Part shown: in pieces, positions 1 to 9,114 of the stretch
Layout: the number at the start of each line of letters is the position of its first letter
Position numbering within the stretch: position 1 is the first letter of the stretch
NCBI GenBank assembly: GCA_964466605.1
Contig: CAYXSL010000002.1
Span: 2,871 to 66,870, forward strand
Length of the DNA stretch: 64,000 nucleotides
Source: an uncultured Verminephrobacter sp.
Lineage (GTDB): Bacteria > Pseudomonadota > Gammaproteobacteria > Burkholderiales > Burkholderiaceae_C
Reading direction: 5' to 3'
Made by a program: the position numbers and the translations under genes
The notes under the pieces: generated by a model
The model's input: the letters and a program-made list of their open reading frames with translations, nothing else
Databases searched by the model: none
What the model was told of the DNA's origin: nothing

Positions 1-1932
1 CAGTGCGGGCAGGTCTTCCTGGTCGCTGGCCAGCAGGGTCTCGGTCAGCTCCAGCTCGATGCCCGAGGGGGGCACGCCATACCGCTCCAGCAGCGCAAAC
101 ACCTGGCTCTCAAAACCCGGCTGAGCAAACTGCCGCACCGACACATTGATGCTCACCACCGGCGCAAAACCCGACTGCGCACGCCACTGGGCGGCCTGGC
201 GGATGGCCTCTTCCAGGATCCACTCGCCAACCTCCAGGATGAGCGAGGACTCCTCGGCTGCCGGGATGAAGCGCCCGGGCGGCACCCAGCCGAGTTGCGG
301 GTTTTCCCAGCGCACCAGCGCCTCGGCCTTGGTCATGCGGCCGGTGCTGCAGCTGTAGATGGGCTGGTAGTGCAGCCGCAGCTCCCCCCGGGGCACGGCC
401 TGGCGCAGGGCAGACTCCAGCCGCAGCGATTCGGCCAGACGCTCGTCCATGTCCGACTCGAAGAAGCACCAGCTTCCCCGCCCGCGCGCCTTCGACTCGT
501 ACATGGCCACCTCGGCATGCTGCAGCAGCACCGAAGCCTTGAGGCCCTCGCGCCCCGAAAAGGCCACCCCGATGGTGGCCTCGATCTGGTATTCCATGCC
601 GTCGCTGGAGCTGAACTGGCGCCGGATCAGCTGCAGCAGCGCCAGGGCACGGGCTTCAACCTCCAGGATGCTCATGAGCGACGGCAGCCCTGCCATCACC
701 AGCGCAAACTCGTCGCCGCTCAGGCGCGCGAGCAGGTCGCCAGGTTTCAGCTGGGCCTGCAAGGCCTGGGCGATGTCGCGCAGGATTCCATCGCCAAAGG
801 CATGGCCCAGCGTGTCGTTGACCTTCTTGAAATGATCCAGATCAATCAGCAACACCGCACATTGCGTGTGCTGGCGCTGCGCGATCCAGAGCACGGCGTC
901 GAGCTGCTGCTCCAGAAAACGGCGGTTGGGCAGGCCAGTCAGTTGGTCGGTGTTGGCCTGGTGCAGGCGCTCTTCCTCGCCCCTCTTGCGCTCGCTCAGG
1001 TCGCGGATCAGGCCCAGGATGACGGGGTAGCCCAGGTCCATGTAGCTGGAGAAGATGATCTCGGCCGGGAACGGCTCGCCCCGCGCGGGGGTGACAGCAC
1101 GCTCCAGGCGCATGGGCGCGTCCATGGGGCCCGACTGCACCATGGCATTGACCTTGCGGAACATGGCCTCGGCCTCTTCCTGCTCCCGGGTCAGCAGCGG
1201 CACCTGCTGGCCCTCCAGCTCTGCGGGGGAGGTGCGGCCCGCCAACTGGGCGAACCGGTCGTTGCAGAACAATATCTTGCCGTCGAGCCTGCGCGCCACC
1301 AGTGCATCGGGCAGGTGCTTGATCACGTTGGACAGCCGTTGCCGCGTCTGCGCAATGGCTGCGTCCACCAGCACCAGCCCCAGCAGCACGCTGGAGACCC
1401 AGCCCACCGCCAGAACGTCCGGGCTCTGAAACGGCGTGCCAATGGCGGATGGCTCCAGAAAGTACAGCAGGAACGCCCCGGTCTTGAGGGAAAACGCCGC
1501 CGCCAGCAGCCGGTAGTGCATGCGCAGGCACAGATACGCCGACACCCCGTACACCAGCATCATCAGGCCCAGCACCAGAATGCTGGCTGCGCGCTTGTCG
1601 CCCCCCATGGCCACCACCGCGATCAGAAACGCCACCCCCAGGCTGCGCCCGATCAGCGTGCCGGGGCCGATGATGCGACCCCTGAGGAAATTGGTACCCC
1701 CGTGCAGGCTGGCCAGGAAGAAGCCGGTGAGCAGCGTGGCCACCACCCCCAGCCACTGCGATTCAGGCTGCAGGTGGTAGCGGTAACCAGTGAAGGTGGC
1801 TCCGGCCAGTGACAGGTGGGCAATGCCCCAGAGCAGCGTGGCCTGGTTCAGGCGTGCACTGCTCCAGCCGATCAAGAACGCGACGCCCAGAATCGCCAGT
1901 GCTGCAACGCCCAGGTCGTGAACAGGAACCAC
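1..1932 (-). CDS. Membrane-anchored PAS-GGDEF-EAL diguanylate cyclase/phosphodiesterase (runs off the left edge, 3' end missing)
   Basis: Translated by hand because it is absent from the ORF track (no stop in window). GTG at 1932 gives a hydrophobic N-terminus, a PAS region, DQLTGLPNRR, DLDHFKKVNDTLGH, RLSGDEF, then an EAL domain (AEALVRW, IELELTE). Confidence 0.9.
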   Translation of the reverse strand, partial: MVPVHDLGVAALAILGVAFLIGWSSARLNQATLLWGIAHLSLAGATFTGYRYHLQPESQWLGVVATLLTGFFLASLHGGTNFLRGRIIGPGTLIGRSLGVAFLIAVVAMGGDKRAASILVLGLMMLVYGVSAYLCLRMHYRLLAAAFSLKTGAFLLYFLEPSAIGTPFQSPDVLAVGWVSSVLLGLVLVDAAIAQTRQRLSNVIKHLPDALVARRLDGKILFCNDRFAQLAGRTSPAELEGQQVPLLTREQEEAEAMFRKVNAMVQSGPMDAPMRLERAVTPARGEPFPAEIIFSSYMDLGYPVILGLIRDLSERKRGEEERLHQANTDQLTGLPNRRFLEQQLDAVLWIAQRQHTQCAVLLIDLDHFKKVNDTLGHAFGDGILRDIAQALQAQLKPGDLLARLSGDEFALVMAGLPSLMSILEVEARALALLQLIRRQFSSSDGMEYQIEATIGVAFSGREGLKASVLLQHAEVAMYESKARGRGSWCFFESDMDERLAESLRLESALRQAVPRGELRLHYQPIYSCSTGRMTKAEALVRWENPQLGWVPPGRFIPAAEESSLILEVGEWILEEAIRQAAQWRAQSGFAPVVSINVSVRQFAQPGFESQVFALLERYGVPPSGIELELTETLLASDQEDLPAL

Positions 1933-2061
1933 AGGACACCGCCAGATACAGTTGTTTCACACCATCCTAGCCGTTGCGGCTTACTTTGTGCTTAGGGTCT
2001 GCCGCAATCAAGCGATTGCAAGCCACTGGTGGGCGGCCCGTGTTCGACGGGCGCCAAACGG

Positions 2062-3441
2062 TCACCGACGCTGCACCATGCCCAGCACAGCCTGCGCCGT
2101 GGCCTGCGCAGCCCCCCGGTGACCGGTGGAAAAGCGGCTGGCGCGCTCGCAGGCAGCCGCGTGGGCTGCCGGGTCCAGGGCCAGAACTGTGGCCTGGGCG
2201 ATGCCTGCGGCCATGTCGGGCACCCGCTGCGCAGCGCCCGCTGCGCAGGCCAGTTCGGCCGCTTCGGCAAAGTTGAAGGTGTGGGGCCCAAGCACCACGG
2301 GGCAGCCGCAGGCGGCGGCTTCGATGAGGTTCTGGCCGCCCAGCCGGGCAAAGCTGCCGCCCAGCACGGCCACATGGGCCAGGCCGTAGTACAGCGCCAT
2401 CTCGCCCAGCGAGTCGCCCAGCCACACGTCGGCGGCCTCGGGCACGCCCGTCCAGGTGCTGCGGCGGGACACGGTGAGGCCCGCCTGCAGCAGCAACTGG
2501 TGCACCTCGTCAAAGCGCTGCGGGTGGCGTGGCACGATGAGCCATTGCACGGGCTGCTCGGTGCGCAGATTGCGCGTGGCAGGCTCTGCGGAGGTTTGTG
2601 CTTCAATATTGATAGCACCTCGGGTATACGGGACGCGCGCAGAAGCCGTTTTTGGCTTCAAATTTTCCAGCCACAGCGCCTCTTCGCCCTCGCGGCTGCT
2701 GGCCAGCATGACCACGGGGCGCGGCGCCTGCGCGCGCCAGCTGCGGCCCTGCGCCAGCTGGGCGGCATCAGGCACCACGTCAAACTTCAGGTTGCCGAAC
2801 ACGCCTGCCACCCGCGCGCCAATGGCGCGCAGCCGCTGGGCATCGTCCTCGGTCTGGGCCCAGACGGCTGCCAGGTCGCTGTAGGCGGGGCGCGCCAGTG
2901 CGGCCAGGCGCTGGGCGTTGCGCAGGGACTTGGCGTTGAGCCGCGCATTGGCCAGCACCAGCGGCACGCCCCGCTGGCGGCAGCCAGCCACCAGGTTGGG
3001 CCAGACCTCGGTCTCCATCAGGATGCCGATGGCCGGGCGGAACTTGCGCAGGAACCGCGCCACGGCACCGGGGGTATCCCAGGGCTGCCACACCTGCACG
3101 TCGCCTGGCAGCAGCAGCTTTTCGCCCTCGGCCCGGCCGGTGGCCGTGCCATGGGTGAGCAGCAGGCGCATGCCAGGCAACTGTTTGCGCAGTGCGGCCA
3201 GCAGGATCGCGGCAGCCCGTGTCTCACCGAGCGATACCGCGTGAATCCACACAAACCGGCCCAGCGGGTCGGAGCTGCTGTGCATCATCAGGCTGTCGAT
3301 GGGCGCGGGATAGCGGCCAAACCGCTCGCCCATGGCCACGCCGTAGCCCGGCTCGGCCTTGGCACGGCGACGCAGCTTGCGGCGCAGCAGGGGCTGGGCA
3401 CCCCAGGTCACCACCGAATACAGCGCGCGGGCGGGGTTCAT
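2062..3441 (-). CDS. waaA: 3-deoxy-D-manno-octulosonic acid (Kdo) transferase
   Basis: Motifs WIHAVSLGE, ETEVWPNL, GNLKFD, IVPRHPQRF, DSLGEM, GGQNLIEAA; ATG at 3441 (MNPARALYS). Confidence 0.93.
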   Translation of the reverse strand: MNPARALYSVVTWGAQPLLRRKLRRRAKAEPGYGVAMGERFGRYPAPIDSLMMHSSSDPLGRFVWIHAVSLGETRAAAILLAALRKQLPGMRLLLTHGTATGRAEGEKLLLPGDVQVWQPWDTPGAVARFLRKFRPAIGILMETEVWPNLVAGCRQRGVPLVLANARLNAKSLRNAQRLAALARPAYSDLAAVWAQTEDDAQRLRAIGARVAGVFGNLKFDVVPDAAQLAQGRSWRAQAPRPVVMLASSREGEEALWLENLKPKTASARVPYTRGAINIEAQTSAEPATRNLRTEQPVQWLIVPRHPQRFDEVHQLLLQAGLTVSRRSTWTGVPEAADVWLGDSLGEMALYYGLAHVAVLGGSFARLGGQNLIEAAACGCPVVLGPHTFNFAEAAELACAAGAAQRVPDMAAGIAQATVLALDPAAHAAACERASRFSTGHRGAAQATAQAVLGMVQRR

Positions 3442-4232
3442 GCCACGGCAAGGTGCTGGAGGTCCAAGGCCACCACGCCGCCACTCCAGCCGCTGTCGCC
3501 CCGGGCGGCCCAGACGATGCAGGGCGCATCGCTCTCGGCCGCCGCCACGCACCGGCCACCGGGCTCCCAGACCGCGCTGCGGCCCGCACTGGCATAGCCG
3601 CCAGAGGGCCCGCTGTAGTTGGCCAGCAGCACGGTCATGGCGTGGTCGCGCGCATAGCCCTGCAGCAGCGCCGACTCGGGGCCGTAGCCCTGGTGGCTGA
3701 TCAAAGCCCCGGCGGCATACAGTGCCGCGCCCTTGCCATGCGCCGCACTGGCGTGTTCAGGGTGGGTGATGTCTGCACACACCGCCATGCCCGTGGGCTC
3801 GCCCGCGAGCAGGTGGACCTGGGCGTCGTCGGTGCCTGCGCTGGCAAAAAGCTCTTCGCTGGCATGCAGATGGCGCTTGCGGTACAGCGCCACGCTGCCA
3901 TCGGGCGCCAGCACCCAGGCGCCAATCGCGGGCAAGGCGCCTGCCTGCACAGGTGCGGCGGGCCCACCAACCAGAATGGCCATGCCCTGGTCGCGCGCGG
4001 CCTGGCGCAGGGCCGCCAGCGCTGCATGCTCGGCATCCAGGACATGGGCAGCCAGCACTGCGGGTTCGTAGCCGGTGAGCGACAGCTCGGGAAACACCAG
4101 CACCTGCACGCCCAGGCTGGCCGCCACCCGCACAAAGGCCAGGTGCGTTTGCACATTGCGCGCCACGTCCCCGGGAGCAGATGGCGATTGTGCGGCGGCG
4201 ATGCGCAGCGGGGTGGACAGGAGTGGGTTCAC
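3438..4232 (-). CDS. Carbon-nitrogen hydrolase (nitrilase superfamily) protein
   Basis: E-K-C triad motifs VFPELSLTGY, YRKRHLH, AVCAD; its stop overlaps the waaA start (ATGA). Confidence 0.88.
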   Translation of the reverse strand: MNPLLSTPLRIAAAQSPSAPGDVARNVQTHLAFVRVAASLGVQVLVFPELSLTGYEPAVLAAHVLDAEHAALAALRQAARDQGMAILVGGPAAPVQAGALPAIGAWVLAPDGSVALYRKRHLHASEELFASAGTDDAQVHLLAGEPTGMAVCADITHPEHASAAHGKGAALYAAGALISHQGYGPESALLQGYARDHAMTVLLANYSGPSGGYASAGRSAVWEPGGRCVAAAESDAPCIVWAARGDSGWSGGVVALDLQHLAVA

Positions 4233-4279
4233 GCGGGCAATTCGTTCAAGGTGACGGTAGAAAAGATAGGGCTGGGCGC

Positions 4280-5668
4280 TCAGTGGCTGGTCGCGCCCAC
4301 ATGGGCGTCGGGCTTGACCTTGTGCAGCAGCGCCAGCATGGCGGCCTCGATGCGCGCCAGCGCCTCGGGGGTATGGCCTTCAAAGCGCAGCACCAGCACG
4401 GGGGTGGTGTTGCTGGCGCGGATCAGGCCAAAGCCGTCGGGCCAGTCCACGCGCAGGCCGTCGATGGTGCTTACCGTGGCGGGTGCGGCAAACTGGCCTG
4501 CGGCCAGGGCCTGCAGCTCGGCCGTGAGGCGGTGGGGTTCGCCCTCGGCGCACGAGACGTTGAGTTCGGGCGTGGAGAAGCTGGTGGGCAGCGCGTTCAG
4601 CACGGCGCTCGGGTCCTGGGACTTGCTCAAAATCTCCAGCAGGCGGCAACCCGCATAGGTGCCGTCGTCAAAGCCATACCAGCGCTCCTTGAAGAAGATG
4701 TGGCCGCTCATCTCGCCGCCCAGCGGCGAGTTGGTTTCCTTCATGCGGGCCTTGATGAGCGAGTGGCCGGTCTTGAACATCACCGGCACGCCGCCTGCGG
4801 CCGCAATGGCGGGGGCCAGGCGCTGGGTGCACTTCACGTCGAAAATGATCTCGCCGCCGGGCACGCGCGAGAGCACATCTTGCGCAAACAGCATCATCTG
4901 GCGGTCGGGGAAGATGTTGGTGCCGTCCCGGGTCACGATGCCCAGGCGGTCGCCGTCGCCGTCAAAGGCCAGGCCCAGTTCGGCGTCGCTGGTCTTCAGG
5001 GCGTTGATCAGGTCGCGCAGGTTCTCGGGCTTGCTCGGGTCGGGGTGGTGGTTGGGGAAGTTGCCGTCCACCTCCGAGAACAGCTCGATCACCTCGCAAC
5101 CCAGCGCGCGGAAGATGGCGGGGGCCGAGGCGCCCGCAATGCCGTTGCCGCAGTCCACCACGATCTTCATCGGCCGGGCCAGCTTCACGTCGCCCACGAT
5201 GCGCTCGCGGTAGGTGGGCAGCACATCCACATGGCGCACCGAGCCGCCGGGCAGCAGCTGCCAGCTCTCCTGCTCCATGGTGCGGCGCAGGCCCTGGATC
5301 TCCTCGCCGTAGATGGCGCGGCCGTTCAGCACCATCTTGAAGCCGTTGTAGTCCTTCGGGTTGTGGCTGCCCGTGACCTGGATGCCGCTGTTGCACAGCG
5401 TGCTGGCCCCAAAGTACAAGAGCGGCGTGGTGACCAGGCCCAAGTCGATCACCTCGATGCCCGCCTCCACCAGCCCCTGGATCAGCGCCGCCGACATGGC
5501 CGGGCCCGACAGGCGCCCATCGCGCCCCACGGCCACGGTGGTCTGCCCCTCGGCGCGTGCGGCGGTGCCAAAGGCCCGGCCCAGGCCCAGGGCCACTTCT
5601 TCATTCAAGGTCGCCGGCACGATGCCGCGGATGTCATAGGCTTTGAAAATGGCAGGCGTTGGTTGCAC
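4280..5668 (-). CDS. algC: Phosphomannomutase/phosphoglucomutase
   Basis: IFKAYDIRG, TGSHNPKDYNGFK (phosphoserine loop), FDGDGDR (metal loop), GEMSGH, RASNT. Confidence 0.93.
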   Translation of the reverse strand: MQPTPAIFKAYDIRGIVPATLNEEVALGLGRAFGTAARAEGQTTVAVGRDGRLSGPAMSAALIQGLVEAGIEVIDLGLVTTPLLYFGASTLCNSGIQVTGSHNPKDYNGFKMVLNGRAIYGEEIQGLRRTMEQESWQLLPGGSVRHVDVLPTYRERIVGDVKLARPMKIVVDCGNGIAGASAPAIFRALGCEVIELFSEVDGNFPNHHPDPSKPENLRDLINALKTSDAELGLAFDGDGDRLGIVTRDGTNIFPDRQMMLFAQDVLSRVPGGEIIFDVKCTQRLAPAIAAAGGVPVMFKTGHSLIKARMKETNSPLGGEMSGHIFFKERWYGFDDGTYAGCRLLEILSKSQDPSAVLNALPTSFSTPELNVSCAEGEPHRLTAELQALAAGQFAAPATVSTIDGLRVDWPDGFGLIRASNTTPVLVLRFEGHTPEALARIEAAMLALLHKVKPDAHVGATSH

Positions 5669-5829
5669 GTCGAGGGACCTTTAGCGAAGGGTTGCAAGGG
5701 CTGCACAGGGGGTTGAGGAACCGGCAGCATTGTAGGCGCCTGCCCCGCCCCGCCCGGTGGCCGGAGCGGGTGCAGGCACATGTCCGAAAACGGCCAGTAC
5801 AGACAACACCGCTCCCTATCATCCAGCCC

Positions 5830-7380
5830 ATGACCTTGCCTCCCCTGCCCACAGCCTCTGTCGCCGACAGCTCTTCGGACGAAGGCCGCTACCTGGCCGT
5901 GCTGGCGCGGGATGCGCGCTTTGACGGGCACTTCTTCACGGCCGTGACTTCCACCGGCATCTACTGCCGCCCCGTGTGCACCGTGCGCACGCCCCGGCGC
6001 GAGAACTGCCGTTTTTTTGCGCTGGCCGCGCAGGCCGAACATGCGGGTTTTCGCCCCTGCCTGCGCTGCCGGCCCGAGCTGGCCCCCCAGGCGCTGGTGT
6101 GGTCGGTGCAGGACGCAAGCAGCATCCTGGTGCAGCAGGCCGTGCGCCTGCTGGATGCGCCCGACCTCTGGCCCACACCGCCCGCACCGGGTGAAGGCAG
6201 CGCCACCGTGGCCCGCCTGGCCGAGCGCCTGGGCGTGAGCGACCGCCATCTGCGCCGCATCTTTGAGGCGGCCCTGGGCGTCTCGCCCCTGCAATACCTG
6301 CAGACCCGCCGCCTGCTCACGGCCAAACAGCTGCTCACCGACACGCGCATGCCCGTCACGCAGGTGGCCCTGGCCAGCGGTTTTGCCAGTGTGCGGCGGT
6401 TCAACGCGGCGTTTGCGGGGCACTACGGGCTCAACCCCACGCGGTTGCGGCGCAGCGGCGCCACCCCGGCCGCATCGTCGGGGCCCGACGGGGGCAGCAC
6501 CCGGCTGCGCCTGGCCTGGCGGCCACCGTTTGATGTGGCGGCGCTGCTGGCGTTTTTTGAGCGGCGGCAGTTCCACGGCGTGGAATGGGTGCTGCCCGAA
6601 GCGGCCACGCTGCGCCGCACCGTGCGCCTGCCCGACAGCGCCACCGGCCTGGGCCAGGAAATCACCGGCTGGTTCAGCGCCTGTTTTGACGTGGCGCGCC
6701 ACCAGGTGCTGTTGCAGACCAGCGACAGCCTCTACTCCGTGTTGCCGCTCGTGATCCGCCGCGTGCGCGCCATGTTCGACCTGGACGCCGACCCGGCCGC
6801 CATCAATGCCGTGCTGCACAGCGCGTTCCCCAACGGCGACGGCCTGCGCGTGCCCGGTGCTTTCGACGGCTTTGAGCTGGCGGTGCGCGCCGTGCTGGGC
6901 CAGCAGATCACCGTGGCTGCTGCACGCACCCTGGGCCAGCGGCTGGTGGAGCGGCTGGGCGAGCCCATCGAAACGCCCTGGCCCGAACTGGGCCGCTTGT
7001 TCCCCACCGCGGCCACGCTGGCCATGGCCGATGGCGACACCCTGGGCCAGCTGGGCATCGTGCGCCAGCGCCAGGCGGCCATCGTGGCGCTGGCCCGGGC
7101 GGTAGACAGTGGTGGCCTGGCTCTGCACGCAGGTGTGGATGTGGCCAGCACCACGGCGGCGCTGTGTGCGCTGCCGGGCATTGGTGACTGGACTGCGCAG
7201 TACATCGCCATGCGGGTGCTGCGCTGGCCCGATGCCTTCCCGGCCGGGGACGTGGCGCTGCACAAGGCGCTGGGCGTGCAGGGCCAGAAGAGCCCGGCGC
7301 GTGCGGCTGCCGCGGCCTCCGAGTCCTGGCGCCCCTGGCGCAGCTATGCCGTGCTGCGCGCTTGGGCCACGCTGGCTTAG
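5830..7380 (+). CDS. alkA: Ada-N/AraC-AlkA fusion (DNA-3-methyladenine glycosylase II with Ada Zn domain)
   Basis: TGIYCRPVC and RPCLRC Zn ligands, AraC HTH, VLGQQITV, HhH LPGIGDWTAQY, DAFPAGD; ATG at 5830. Confidence 0.9.
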   Translation: MTLPPLPTASVADSSSDEGRYLAVLARDARFDGHFFTAVTSTGIYCRPVCTVRTPRRENCRFFALAAQAEHAGFRPCLRCRPELAPQALVWSVQDASSILVQQAVRLLDAPDLWPTPPAPGEGSATVARLAERLGVSDRHLRRIFEAALGVSPLQYLQTRRLLTAKQLLTDTRMPVTQVALASGFASVRRFNAAFAGHYGLNPTRLRRSGATPAASSGPDGGSTRLRLAWRPPFDVAALLAFFERRQFHGVEWVLPEAATLRRTVRLPDSATGLGQEITGWFSACFDVARHQVLLQTSDSLYSVLPLVIRRVRAMFDLDADPAAINAVLHSAFPNGDGLRVPGAFDGFELAVRAVLGQQITVAAARTLGQRLVERLGEPIETPWPELGRLFPTAATLAMADGDTLGQLGIVRQRQAAIVALARAVDSGGLALHAGVDVASTTAALCALPGIGDWTAQYIAMRVLRWPDAFPAGDVALHKALGVQGQKSPARAAAAASESWRPWRSYAVLRAWATLA

Positions 7381-7382
7381 TT

Positions 7383-7447
7383 ACTATTAAAATGATAGCT
7401 TCTAGCGCTTACCCATTGCGCGCAGAAGCCCTTTTTTATCCATAAAA
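7383..7447 (+). repeat. Dispersed ~65-bp palindromic intergenic repeat, copy a
   Basis: ACTATTAAAATGATAGC core followed by TTCTAGCGCTTACCCATTGCGCGCAGAAGCCCTTTTTT. Confidence 0.8.
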
Positions 7448-7461
7448 CACAGGCATCCGCC

Positions 7462-8031
7462 ATGCAATACCACCCCCACACCGTGCAAGCCCGCGCAGAC
7501 ACCGCCCTTGGGCCGGTGCGCCTGGCCGCCTCGCCCACCGGCCTGTGCGGTATCTGGTTCGAAGGCCAGCGCCACGAGCCCAGCGATCGGCTGCATGGCA
7601 GCACTGCCTGGGCCGAGGCGCATGGCCACGCGCTGCTGCGGGAGGCCACCGCCCAGCTGCAGCAGTACCTGCACGGCGAACGCGATGGTTTTGATCTGCC
7701 GCTGGACCTGTCGGGCGGCACGCCTTTCCAGCAAGAGGTCTGGCAGGCCTTGCTGGCCATTGGCCGGGGCGCCACGCGCACCTATGGCGAGCTGAGCCAG
7801 CACCTGGGCCGCCCCCGCGCCGTGCGGGCCGTGGGCGCGGCCGTGGGGCGCAACCCGCTCTCCGTGGTCGTGCCCTGCCACCGTGTGCTCGGCGCCGACG
7901 GCAGCCTGACCGGTTACGCTGGTGGGCTGGACCGCAAGACAGCGCTGCTGGCGCTGGAGAAAGCGCTGGCGTCAAAGCCGGTTCTTTTGCACCACCCCCA
8001 AGCCAAGAACAAGGAGAAAGCCTTCCCATGA
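7462..8031 (+). CDS. ogt: Methylated-DNA-protein-cysteine methyltransferase
   Basis: GTPFQQEVWQAL, RAVGAAVGRNPLSVVVPCHRV active-site motif. Confidence 0.92.
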   Translation: MQYHPHTVQARADTALGPVRLAASPTGLCGIWFEGQRHEPSDRLHGSTAWAEAHGHALLREATAQLQQYLHGERDGFDLPLDLSGGTPFQQEVWQALLAIGRGATRTYGELSQHLGRPRAVRAVGAAVGRNPLSVVVPCHRVLGADGSLTGYAGGLDRKTALLALEKALASKPVLLHHPQAKNKEKAFP

Positions 8032-8957
8032 CCGCACCTGGCCAACAACAGCCCGTCTCCAGCTGGATCGCCGAATTCATCCTGCTGGCAGCGCTGTGGG
8101 GTGCCTCCTTCCTGTTCATGCGGCTGGGCGCGTCCGAATTCGGCCCGCTGCCCACGGCCGGGCTGCGGGTGGCGCTGGCCACGGTGTTCCTGTGGCCCAT
8201 CCTGCTGCGCCAGGGCCACTGGCCCGCGCTGCGCCAGCACTGGCGGCCCATTTTGTTTGCGGGGGTCATCAACTCGGCCATTCCGTTTGCGCTGTTCTCC
8301 TGGGCCGTGCTGCACATTGCCACGGGGCTCACCTCCATCCTGAACGCCACGGTGCCGCTGTTTGGCGCGCTGGTAGCCTGGCTCTGGCTGGGCGACCGTA
8401 TCAACCGGCTGCGCTGGGTGGGGCTGGCCCTGGGGTTTGTGGGCGTGGCCCTGCTGGCCTGGCGTGCGCCTGCGGGCACCGGCTTCAAGACCGACAGCGC
8501 CACCTGGGCCATTGGCGCGTGCCTGCTGGCCTCGGCGTTCTATGGGCTGTCGGCCAGCTTTGCGCGGCGCCACCTCACGGGCATCCCGCCCCTGGCCACG
8601 GCCACCGGCAGCCAGCTGGGGGCGGCGCTGGGCCTGGCGCTGCCCACGCTGTGGCTGTGGCCCGCGCAGATGCCAGGCCCGCGCGCCTGGGCCGCCATCG
8701 TGGCCATTGCGGTGTTGTGCACGGGCATTGCGTACATCCTGTACTTCCGACTGATCGCGAGCGCAGGCCCCAGCCGCGCCCTGGCCGTGACCTTCATCAC
8801 GCCGGTGTTCGCGGTGTTGTACGGCGCGCTGTTCCTGGGCGAGAGCATCACGCCCTGGATGATTGGCTGCGCCCTGGTGATTGTGTGCGGCACGATGTTG
8901 TCAACCGGGCTTATCAGGGGGCGCGCGGTCTCCGCTGGCACTGCCGAACGGGCCTAA
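8028..8957 (+). CDS. DMT/EamA family transporter
   Basis: About 10 hydrophobic segments, LWGASFLF, two-fold internal repeat; ATGA overlap with ogt. Confidence 0.88.
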   Translation: MTAPGQQQPVSSWIAEFILLAALWGASFLFMRLGASEFGPLPTAGLRVALATVFLWPILLRQGHWPALRQHWRPILFAGVINSAIPFALFSWAVLHIATGLTSILNATVPLFGALVAWLWLGDRINRLRWVGLALGFVGVALLAWRAPAGTGFKTDSATWAIGACLLASAFYGLSASFARRHLTGIPPLATATGSQLGAALGLALPTLWLWPAQMPGPRAWAAIVAIAVLCTGIAYILYFRLIASAGPSRALAVTFITPVFAVLYGALFLGESITPWMIGCALVIVCGTMLSTGLIRGRAVSAGTAERA

Positions 8958-9114
8958 ACTCGCTGCATGGTTTCTGCGCCGGGTTCATGCTCTTCCCCCA
9001 CGGCTGTGCCGTGGCAAGACACCGGGTGGAGGGCGTGCCTGTGCGCCCTGCCCGGGGGGCTGAGCACACGCCCGAGTTCCCTCCCAACGCGCCCTCTGGC
9101 GCGGGCCGCTCGCC

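Noticed and set aside
295-1812. Long + strand ORF (505 aa), and similar long ORFs such as 2029-3597, 4181-5716, 23889-25640, 50045-52450 and 54076-56004
   Set aside because: They are antisense or off-frame shadows of well-supported genes, common in GC-rich DNA, and show no protein motifs.
2004-2019. GCAATC-AAGC-GATTGC palindrome between waaA and the GGDEF-EAL gene
   Set aside because: Short, single, no T tract; could be an operator but cannot be supported.
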